Shown here piece after piece: positions 12,511 to 24,810 of a stretch of 64,000 bases of DNA. Each line of letters begins with the position of its first letter. The stretch's first letter is position 1. A model generated the notes under the pieces. The model worked only from the letters and a program-made list of their open reading frames with translations, searched no databases and was not told the DNA's origin. The position numbers and the translations under genes are program-made. Source of the stretch: Eledone cirrhosa (Eukaryota); contig OZ024750.1 in NCBI GenBank assembly GCA_964016885.1, positions 10,044,001-10,108,000 of the forward strand. The letters run 5' to 3'.

Positions 12511-14039
12511 TCTCACCAAATCCATCTGTCTTAAAAGGAAAGAGCATACAGTCGTAGGTAGAGAAAGACATGGTAGTCATAGCTTGAGGTAAACAATCAC
12601 CAAAACATCTGATATACACAACTACTTTCTAAATTTAAGTGCAGATCAATGGAACATTTCCAAATTATTTACAATTCGGCCAAGGTTATCTAAAATAAAA
12701 ACATCTTATCTTGCGTTATTTAACTGGGAATGTGCTGCATCAAAAGAAAAATACACACATACCTATTAATTTAAATCTAGAAAAACTATTCCTTGTTAAA
12801 CAATGTTAGTTCCATTTCCTTCAGTTATGAAAGAATCCTGTTACATCTGAACAGTATTTAAAAGAATGGAATGAATACAAGTGTAAGCTTATTAAAACTG
12901 TCAGCCTCTACACCATGGGAGACAACTTTTGTATTTAAATAAAGATTTGGATCTATATGTAATGTGTACGTGCAATAGTATATAGAATTACGAAAGATGA
13001 ATTGAAAAAATATATAGAATTGTTAAATAAAGATGATATATACGACAAGACGAAGGATCGTAACAAATACTGAGATGGTGCAAGACACATCCAACCCACA
13101 CAGGTGACATAAAATGAATGTAAAAAACCAAGCAAATGACAGAAGTAATAGAACCAAAATCAAGAGTTATGACACTAGAAAACAGACAAAGACATTTCGT
13201 CATTTCACCAAAACATACGTAATCCCTAAACTATTGCAAATTATTAAAATATTCCTCAAATATGTGAAAAAGAACAATTGAAAAGCCAAAACTATACAAT
13301 AGAAATGCTTACGTAGATCAAACAAATGTAAATAATTACACCACCATCCTTGTCCTAAATGCTATCAGACCTTTCAAAATGATGAGTTACAGAACAAATA
13401 CAACAGTACATGAGATAATAAGAACTCTACTTTGCCCAATTAGGCACCAATATCATACATAGTCTTCCAAATGAGCAGTCTTTTTTTTTTTTAAGTTAGC
13501 TCAATGGTAAAAATGTAGCCTATTAGACATTTCTCAATATAAAATGGAAGTAAACAGAATATAGTAATCTTGATTTTGTTTTCAATGTTTTCTAGGATCT
13601 AAGATATCTAAACTCGTGTTTCTGAAAAATAATTTATGAGGTGGGTTGGTGGTAACTTATCTGTTAAGCTAACGACAAATAATAAAAAAAAAACAGCCCA
13701 AATACTTTGCAATAGCCAATTACCCACAGTAATTGGCTATTGCAATGATAACGGATAGTATTACTGTGGTTGTCAACAAACCCCTTAACATATCAAAGAG
13801 ATCAACATGCATACATTTCTAGAATCTAACCCCATTCAAGTTAGCATAAATTCAGCTAATATATAAAAATATCCATGTCATTATTTGAATTTAAAATGAT
13901 TTTCTTTAAAAATAAAACTAGATACTATATAATGGTATGTATCAAAATTTCAGTAAAACTATTTCCTAAGGAATTAAAATAGAGATATCTATAGCCCATC
14001 CCTGATATATTAGAATGGATGAGGATAAGAGGTGCTTAA

Positions 14040-14243
14040 CTCTTTAGCATTTACAGTACTCTATATTTACTATTGTATTTTCGCATTAAATACTATTTTC
14101 ACATAATATCGAATCTATGAGACTTTTATATTATTTATTTTGAGAATACTTTAACATCAGTATGAGTGGCCATTTATGGCTGGTTTGAACAGAAAGAGGT
14201 GAGAGAATTCTGGATGGATATGGCCGGTTTAAATGCTAAAGGG
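14040..14243. mobile_element. piggyBac-type MITE (204 bp)
   Basis: TTAA|CTCTTTAGCATTTA ... TAAATGCTAAAGGG|TTAA: terminal inverted repeats with a TTAA target duplication. Confidence 0.8.
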
Positions 14244-17200
14244 TTAAAACTTGCTTGAGTTGCTGTATAATAGGAAACTGTCAAGTTCTCACATTAATCC
14301 ATAAGGGATTAAACACTATAATTCAATATGTAGATAATTTATCATATAGAGACGGAAAAAAAATTATCTATTAAAACCTCCCACAATGAAAATTCTATGT
14401 ATTGTATAAAATATGGTGAAGTACAAATAGTCAACATTATTTTTAGTCGATTCCTACTGGTATCACATTTGGCCTTAAATTGATGATCATGATACCAGTA
14501 TGAAACAGATTGGAAATAAGAGACAAATTTGTGTATTTAGAGAGCCCTTCATTGCCACCAATATTATTTTATATTTAAAACTATACTAGGAATATTAATA
14601 ATATAATTGTCAATATACTTAAGATGCTGCTGGTATTAGAAGAGAAAAAGTGTGAGGTTAACCCACATAAATACACATTGAAAGCCAATGTCAACTAGAA
14701 TTTGCCATATAAACATTGGAGAAGAGGGGAAAGACACTAATAATATTCTAAATAGAAAAAAATAAATTTACAAATTGAACCCACAGCCAGAATAATAGCA
14801 AATAATTTAAAATTACATTAAAAATATAAGTAGTAAGGCTATATGTACACATACATACATATGTATATATGTACACATATAGAAACAAACAAAAAATAAA
14901 TAAAATAATGGTAGAATGAGTCATTTTCAATTGAAAAATTAAAAAATTCAATGTGCTTCAAATGTAAACAAAATAATTTTGGTGAAATAAATTAAGTGAT
15001 TCCCAATGTGAGTCAATAAAATGCAATAAAGAGTTTTTCATGTGACAGTTGTATCTGTAGGGGTTTTGAATAAGTGCATATTTAATAATAGTTATGGTTG
15101 AGAATGATGCTATATCATTGCCATTTATTGGAAAATGATAGTTACGTTTGCATGAAATTCCCTACAAGTAAATATAAACCTCCAGTTTAAATAATGTTCA
15201 TAAATAACATCCTTTGAAAGAACATAAGGACATCTGGTTTAATGGAGGTTGGTTACATGCAAAGGTTGTGCAATCAAACTAAACCCATGGTTTGATTCAT
15301 TCACAAAAGTTTAGCATTTATTGAGATTAATAATGGCAAAGTAAGAAAGTAAATACAAGCTTATTGTTAAATATGGGTATTAACAACTGTCACATGGTCA
15401 ACTAAAGAGAATCCACATAAATGAATGTAAGTAAAACTCTGAATAGGGAATTCAGGCTTTTATTTCTGAGTTTGATACAAAAATATTCATGCTGAGAAAT
15501 AACTAAAGCTGATATATCAGTGGATGCCAAAATAACCAATGTGTGGAAAGAAGAGAAAGAAAATTACTCATTCCTTATACAGGGGTTGGAGTTTTAAGTG
15601 GGACGAATTTAATGAAATTTTATTGCCTAAAATAGACTTAAGCAGTTCAAGTGATTTTAAATAATTTTTAAACATTTCCTCTCTTCCACCATTGATATTT
15701 TAAAAGATTTAAATGATTTTAAATATTTACAAATATGCTAATAAATAACTAGCTTTTAATTATTTTTTTTTAAATTTCTATCACAGAAAGATCATTTCCC
15801 AGTCACCATAACTAAGGAAAAATTCACAGGTCAGCTACTTTTAAATAATTCCACTTTCATAAATAAAAACATTAAAAGTTCATTGGGCACATATTTTTAA
15901 ATTCTCCCCTCCCCCTTCTCATTGCCCAAAATTTAATGACATGCTACAACTAGCTCCATTTTGGTTTAAATTAACCTAAACATTTTTTTATACAAACACT
16001 TAATTTCCTAAACTGTTCAATGTCAACTATTTATATCCAGCCAGATTGAGATATATAAAGGCAGCTGTTGTGATTGTTGACATGATGTAATACAAAATCT
16101 TCTAAGTAATAAAAATATTTAGAATACTTGGTACTCACCATGTAGCGAGACACTAATGTCATTGCAAACAGGGAATAGTTTTACATGGTCTGAAACAGGG
16201 CACTCAATTCCAGAAACATAATTCATGCATGGTAAACAAATATATACTGAATTCCAATACAATAATACGATGTATAATGCCCACCAATATACTTAGGAGA
16301 AAAACTATTGACTTGTATGTCATAAATATCCAATGACATGGCTTACACAAATGCAATTAAAGCCAAATATAGTTATGAGAAATGAGACATAAGGTTGCAA
16401 CCCTGCATCATGCAAAATAATTTGATATATACAATTTGTTTAAAATTAAATCAAATAAATAAAAAAATAAAAAAAACAGTAATATATATATACTAGCTTA
16501 AATGTCAAAAATATTTAAATTGTAAAAGAACAGTTTTATTCTAGATATTTGCACCATGTATCAAACAATATATTCAGACACAGCCTACAACATATCCTTG
16601 TCTACACAAAATTATCTATTTGTTAAATTGCTCTCCTTTTTTTTTTTTTTTAAATAAAAAATATATACAGTTGCTAAGGAGTAATTTAGAAAACGGTTTA
16701 GATTAACTAGAACAATATACAGTTGACAAAAACAGCATATAACAAAATAATATTTAAAAAATTTAAATGCATGTCAATGTCTGCAATAATCCATCTAATT
16801 CATAGTAACTATGCATTCAGGTAAATTACATTTATATTACAACTGATTAAAACCTCACATGAAAAGTGTATGAAAGAAATTACAATTTACCCTTCATTTA
16901 AAATCATTTTAAACAATCACCTATTTATTTTAAAATATTTTTTTTTATATTTTAAACAATCTAAATATCAAATGAATATATTTGTAGACAATAAAATATA
17001 AGTTAGAGAAACCTTAGAAACATACCAAGAGATTGCGGTTGTGGTTATAGCACCAGGATCCAATGGGTTGTTTTAATCCAAGCATAGCTCCACTAGATAG
17101 TGAACAACAGCCCAAAACCCACTGGTTGATGTGCTCTAGATACACCAAGGGACAGCTTCTACTGTTTAGTAGGTGGGACCATTAAAAACAATCATTACAA

Positions 17201-18383
17201 TGGCTTTTTACATTAACCACTAAACAATTGATAGGTATACATGTCACGTGTGCAACATTTAAGTTATTTCAATTTTAAAAACGTTTTACTAAAATATTTA
17301 CCTAACAAAACAGAAAAAAAATAACTGTCAGCAATATGTTATAATCTCAAACCATGATTGACAAGTGTAATGTTATAAATCAGACAGTTTCTAGTGAAAT
17401 CAGATAATATATATAACATCAAATAAACAAACCAGACAATACAAAAACATCCTAATCACTTAAAACTCTGCAGTTTTGAATAAATATGTGAAATAGTTCA
17501 GTAACCAATGTCAAACATTGCATAATCAAGTCAAATATCAATAAATAATAAATACAGGTCTAAAGAGAAAGTTATCAATATTAAAACATCCAAATAATTG
17601 AAAATTAGCATGAAATAAAAAGTGGAAAGGTGGATAGGAAGAAGAACTAAGCTAAATGTAATTGCATGTAGTTTAAATTAAACGGAGAGGGGAGGGGGGT
17701 AGAGAGAGTGAGAGAGAGAGAGAGACAGAGAGAAAGAGAGAGAGGGGGAGAGAGAGAGAAAAAAACAAACAAAACAAGTGGGCAGAAAATAATTCCTTCC
17801 ACTTCTATTCCAATACTTTTTTAATTTTTGGATTAGCATAATAATAATAATCATCAAACAAGATCGAAATAACTCAAGAATAAAACAGCAAGTAATAGTA
17901 GTAGTAATAATATAAGTTCCAACCTAAAAATGTTCACCTAAAAATAACCGTATCGAATTTCAAATAGACTAAAATATAGTCAGCATTTGTATGACATTTT
18001 GTTATATGTACTATATTTTCTGGAGGTTAGAGGCAATATGGGTTGAAATGAAATCAATAAATGAGTATGGTAAGACAGTTTGACATGCAAGCTTAAGAAT
18101 ATACAGCAGGTAACACTTTGGTTTTGCCGAGAAATATTCATGAATGTTAGAAATTGAATTATGGAATACTGTACCAACTGTTAATATGGTCAGTCTGCTC
18201 CATTCCACACAGACTCTCAGTGGATTTAATTTTTATCAGATCCTAGCAAAAACAGAACTTATCAAATCTTTAAATCAAACATTTTTTTTTCTTGACTAAG
18301 TTTAAATAAAAAAAAAAAAAAGCAAATAATTTTGTAAAGTGTGTATCATATATATATATATATATATATATACCATATATCAC

Positions 18384-18420
<37 letters not shown>

Positions 18421-18427
18421 CATATAT

Positions 18428-18473
<46 letters not shown>

Positions 18474-20521
18474 CATACATATATATATATATATACACAT
18501 ACATACACACACACAAAATAAAATAATAAACAAAAAAAAAATTAAAATTAAACAGGAAGAGTTAAATAGAAACCAGGATATATATAACAAACATATACTT
18601 AATATAATATATAATAGATATACATTTAAAATAGATTTCTTTATAAGTGATTCATATAGTGATACAGTTATTGTAGACTTAAGGATCAAGTGTTTATCTC
18701 ACTTATTTTGCAAAGAAAATGTAATTAACAGTTAAGCCAAACTTAGCAATTGTTTTAACACGCAATATTATATGTACATGCAATTAAGCAAACCTATAAT
18801 ATTCAGAGAATACAAAACTATCTATAACTATAATACTAAACCTGGTTAAATATTTGAGCCATCAACCAAACCAACTCTCAATATCAGGTTTACAGAATGC
18901 TGTAGTAAAGTTATAAACACTACAATTCTAGCCTTTAAAATTAATATACTTGTAATGTATACATCAATAACTGAGAAATAATTCTTAACATTTTTCAACA
19001 AAATTATAATTACTCATGTCATGTGTAAGCTCTTTCGTTGATTGGTTTTTTAAAATCTATTTTCACCCAACTTTTTCACTAAGAAGGACCTGCTTAGTCA
19101 TACTAACTTTCCTACGGTCTGTCTATTCAACAAGCTCACACTCCAGAGGGGAGATGAACAATGTGTTAGTTACTGCTGTTCTATAAGATAACTACATATT
19201 TAAATATAAACAAAGTCAGAGCCAGTGGGGCATTCATAATGAAATGCACTTCCTAAGATTATTCACCTGACACCTGTATTCATCTAGGAAACAAGGTAAG
19301 GCAGGTAGTGTCTCATTTGCATATCTAAATGAAAATACATTTTCCTAAACCGCATTAACAGTATGAAAGCTCGGCTGGGGATGTAGTTAAGGAATGTTGA
19401 AATGTCTAGAAACAGCAGGATAATGAAATGCAGCAAGCTATAAGCTACAAGAACTGGTTTATACTAAATTCTAGTTTCATTATAAAGACATTATTACACC
19501 TTATTTATAACAATATAACTGTTAATGAATATGATGATAAAAACTGCAGCTGTTAATGAATGTGATGAAGATGTACTTTAGGATATGTATGGTAATATGG
19601 TGATATGCAGAAAGAGGTAGATATATATATATATATAGAGAGAGAAAGAAAACAATCCTTAAAAATATTTGCTGAAAGAAACTTTGTAATACCATCTGAT
19701 TTAGTGTATATTTTGTGCATTTGAGCTCATAGTCATCAAATTGTGTAGAGCCTTATCTTGAATAATAGAAATTGAGAAATAAGTGAATAGAAAATATGAT
19801 CAAAATTTATCAACAAACAAGCAATTCACTAAAGTTTTTGACCTCATAATTTTATGCTTAATTTCATTTCACACGATAAAAATGTAACTTGTAATCAATT
19901 TTATGAGGAAGCACTTTTAACGCATACAACAAAGACTAAATTTGTCAATATTGTAATATACATGTCATTTAAAAAGGCATTGTAAAATACTGAAATAAGA
20001 TTTTTGGCAAGGAATATTTCAATAGTACATAAGTTTTTTTTTTTGTATTTTTTTTTTTTTTAAATAAAACGTTCTAATCAAAATATATATATATATTAAA
20101 ATATTTAGAGCGATGTTTTTGAATACTATATCTTTCTGTATAATATACTCACCACACAGACAATGACGATTAACAATTTTGTAGAAATTATACTGCAAAA
20201 CTAATAACTGTTAGAACATTACAGAGTTGAGTCAAATGGATTAATGATGCAACTGATCTGACGATACAAATAAAAGGAAAATGAGACAAGCTTAAAGTAA
20301 CTGACACCAAAGAGATGAGAAATCTAAACGTTTTCAGCATTTCTGTTAACTCATTTAAGTAAAAATGATTGACAAGCATAGCTATAAATTATAAATGGTT
20401 TTTCAGTCACACACGGCTAGTTATAACTGAATTATGAGAACAGTATGAAATACAGTAAAATGTAGCATAAAGAGAGATTAAAACATGATAATAAAAACGT
20501 CAAACCATATATTATACATAT

Positions 20522-20582
<61 letters not shown>

Positions 20583-22037
20583 CATACATATATATATAAT
20601 GGTAGGTAGAATGAAAACTTAAAAGCATACGGTACAATAAAAAAAAAATAGGCAGTGTTATAGATGGCAAACGGTACTTTTCATTAATATGCAATAATAT
20701 ACATAGAATTAAAATAGTACTTTCAAAAATGAAATATCTCAAATCATACTAAAACGGTTTATGTAACTAACTAATAACGGGAACATAAACATCGAAAACT
20801 CATATTCATTAAAGGAGCAAAGATTGACAAATATGTAGCAGATAGCCACCTTCAAAAATAAATAAGTAAATGAATAAATAAAAACAGAAAAATATAATAT
20901 AAAATCCAGTCACAGAGTTCACCCAATTCTATATATTAAAAAATAAAACTTATATCTCTAGCAATAAAGCAAGTATGGTATAATAAATATGGCAATTAAT
21001 GCTGAGTTAACTTGATGCAAGAACTGTAGGAAAGGGTTTGTCAACATTTTAGGCCTTGCTATCCTATCTCTAAGCTCACATACCTATATACACACAAAAC
21101 CCCTTATTTCACATAACTAACATTATAGAAAACCCAATTTTGATTGGAAAATGTATAAAAAGCTCCCAAGATACTTATATTACGATTTCAATTAAAACTT
21201 ATAAATTATATGAAAAGTCACATCACAGATGCTGTTTAATATGTCCTAAGTTACATAGGTAAGTTTAACAAGGGCTTGGGGATGGTTTTTTTTTTTTTTT
21301 TTTTTTGGTTTTTTTAAAAAGATTTTTATATATATATATATATACACCTAAACTATATGTTGTAAAATATGCCACCTGAAAATAACTTACCTGACAATGA
21401 GGACAGGTGAACAGGAACTTAACACAAACACAAGTCAATACATGAAGAAACTTTATTGCAAATTATATTTCCCCAATGATCTTACCTTCAATCAGCTGCT
21501 GTCCTTTCAACATAGGCTGAAAAGCAGCACTGTATTTGTTGCTAATCACACAAGGCCATGTTGTATGAAAAAATTCAAGATCTCTGATGAATATTTTACA
21601 TGTACAAAAATGAAACTTATTCACAATGGTCACTGATTAATGACACTAACAAACTATGTTAAAAATACTCATGGCTCTTAAGTTACAAGATCCATAAGTT
21701 ACAATGATATATTGATGTCTCTCTCTGCTAACAGATGTGGAAGAGCAGAAGACCAAGAACATAATGATTGGGAAGATTCCACTGTCAAGAAACAGCATGA
21801 CTGAAGTTGGACAACACTGACGGAAGCTGCAAAATGATGGTACTCTATTATAAGTATGCTCCAATTGTGAACATAGGTTAGAATGTGCTGCAATTCCCTC
21901 CCAAACTGTTTGAGTATCTAAAGTGAAATGAAATTGCACCTCCAGCACATGGAATGTTCAAACAAATCTATAGGAAATTCAGTCCAATTTGAAACCTATA
22001 ACAATACATGCACATACACACAGTAATTGTACGATTT

Positions 22038-22070
<33 letters not shown>

Positions 22071-24643
22071 TTATATTTATATATATATATATATATACAA
22101 AAAGAAACTCATACAATACATCAATCATCAAAGGTATGTACATGAGTGTATTTTTGAAATTACATATACACACACATACATACATGCAAACACACCCTAA
22201 TATTCAACATAGGACCACTAAAGCATGTCATAGAATCGTGGAAGTAGCAATACAACTTTAGGCTGCTTCATCAAGAAATCCAGAGGAGAGAGTCGATGCA
22301 TTTTTTCCTTCAGGGATCCTGTGTGAAATAAACAAAAGCAAAACTATTTTTGCATGGTTCAAATACGGTTCTAATCATTAAAAAAAAAAAAACTTATAAA
22401 GATTGTTGTAAATTAAAATGTAAAATGATATGGCCATATAGTAGAGGAAAGAAACATCTGATATTCATTGCCATTTGAGGCACAGCAAGTAAGTGGCCTG
22501 TAATCCAAAAGTCAAAAGGTAACTTTAAAAAATTACACCCACCCACTTTTAATTTTAGATATCAAAAGTCATTACTTTATTGAAATAAAAAATATATGAA
22601 AAATTGATCAAAATGAAAGTTGTATGATTCAGGAGCATGTAAACCCATATACAATGTTAGTAGAATAAATGTTTAATTGAATTATGTAAAATACTCACCA
22701 TTAATACTTACACAGGTATCTATGACCAATTAGAATGCACCATCGATGTAATAACTTAGTTCAAGTTGAGACTGATAAAATGTACATAGAACCTTATTTT
22801 CCACTCAAACCTCAACATACCAGAAATAAAAAGTACATAGAACCTTATTCATCCACTCAACCCTCAACATAAAATGCAACAGAAATATATACACAGCTTC
22901 ACATATCCACAAAACTGAAACTACTGATAATTTAGAAAAAATGTTACAGATGAAAAAGAGCAAGTTGCAATGCATATTCAAACTACAAAAGGATCATTAA
23001 CAAACCATGACAATATTCTTATTGGTTTATGTTCCAAATAAAACCACATACAGGAACACTATCAACACACACACAAGTATAAACTACAATATAAAAAATT
23101 TAGCTCTATAGTGATGATAAAGAGAGGTAGCTGATTCAACACAAAAACTACAATCATCACATTTAGATGTAAATTCAAACTAGGAATCAATACCCCCATT
23201 TCAAATAATCCAGTGGCTCTCAGTTATAGATATCAAACTTTTATGACTGCAATGTTTAACACAATTTGCAGTCCAAGTGATATAAGTAAATATCTACATC
23301 CGAAAAAACAAACCAATTTTCCATCATACATACATAAAGAGATTCACATCATATATCATTTTATAACACTTGTATTAATACAACAGTTCATTTTAAAATC
23401 CACTTTTCCTTGTGATGATTGGCTGGTGTTATTCACAGCAGTTTTCTATGGCCAGATGGTGTGGTATATACTACTCATCTGGAGAGTGTTTTGTTATAAA
23501 CAAATGCCACTGGCTGCTTTAAGCGTTGATATAAAATCACATGCAGTAAACTAATACATTAGTTTCTTTGAAGCTATAGTCCAAGATGCACAGCTATGCA
23601 TGCATCAAACAGTGTGGTTAACATTGTTTTAACACAATCTTTTAAATAACTATTAAAGTTTAGTCACATGATCTTGCTACTTATAACTGCAATATCACAC
23701 CTTTATTTATTCAGATAAAACATTCTAAGTACATTATACTAAGCATGGGAGATTATTCAAGGAGTTCTTCAATGGGGATTTTTTTTTTTTTCTTCGTAAA
23801 TCTAACTAACACTTGATACAATATTTAACTTCTTATTTAACATCGCCTTAACTCAAAATCCATTGAAATAACCATTAAAATATATGTACTAGGATGTTAT
23901 GGTTCCAGGATACACCCTAAATAAAAGTCAGATGCTTAGCTCTCACTATTAGCTTTAACACAACACAAACAAATCTAAAGTATTCACCAATATTACAAAA
24001 TCCTTCCAAATTTTTGATAACTTAAAAAAAATCAATTAAAACAAACCCACTGCATACTTCATTAGAAATATGAATCATGCTTGGGTTAAAAATCATACAA
24101 ATTTGTTGTATGCTAAAAGTGTTTGCAATTACCAATCAACTTTTGCTAGCAGAAAGAATGAATGTTAAATGATGATTAAAATAATTCCAATAACTCTACT
24201 TTTCGTTGTCCTGTAAAGTGTTAAACAAACATTCTATGCAGAAATACTTTTAAACAAACCAGCAACAATATCTTACATAGCCTCTGAAAATTGTTTATCC
24301 TAAAATGATCATGTAACCCAAAATATTATAAATAAAGCCTCTTAAGAAATAAGGTGCATCTATAATAAACCACGTATACCTTGTTTAAAATCAAGCAAAT
24401 ATATAAAAACAACAAATGTACACCGATATATACAGGCATACATAAGGTAAATTGAATAAAATATATTTTAAAAAAATACAAAGTTGAATGGTGCATTGGA
24501 TGGTGCATTCTTTTCCAAGTGGATCTGGAAGCTAGGAAAAAGGATACACAGAGAAAAAGAAGCAAAGATAAAAGGGGGGGAAAAACAGTAGACATTTACC
24601 TAGTTGGTGCCATAGGTTAAAAATAAAATGGATCGGAGCATCA

Positions 24644-24810
24644 TCACTGGGGTTGAGGTTGTTGACTGGCCTGACCTTGGCTTCCTACTTGACCCTGTTG
24701 TTGTGCTGCTTGTTGTAATATCATATTTGCATGATAGTGCATCCCTTGTTGTCGATAGTATTCTGCCCAAGCAGCACTGTAATCAGGTTGGCCAGTTTGT
24801 GGGTTGATAG
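24644..24810 (-). CDS. FUBP1: FUBP exon 19, coding part ([23 protein letters not shown]...stop)
   Basis: CTGTAG| ... TGA TGA, second Tyr-rich motif. Confidence 0.95.

Noticed and set aside
22781-22872. Direct duplication of about 40 bp (and a 17-bp duplication near 29769/29827)
   Set aside because: Ordinary local tandem duplications with no sign of function.
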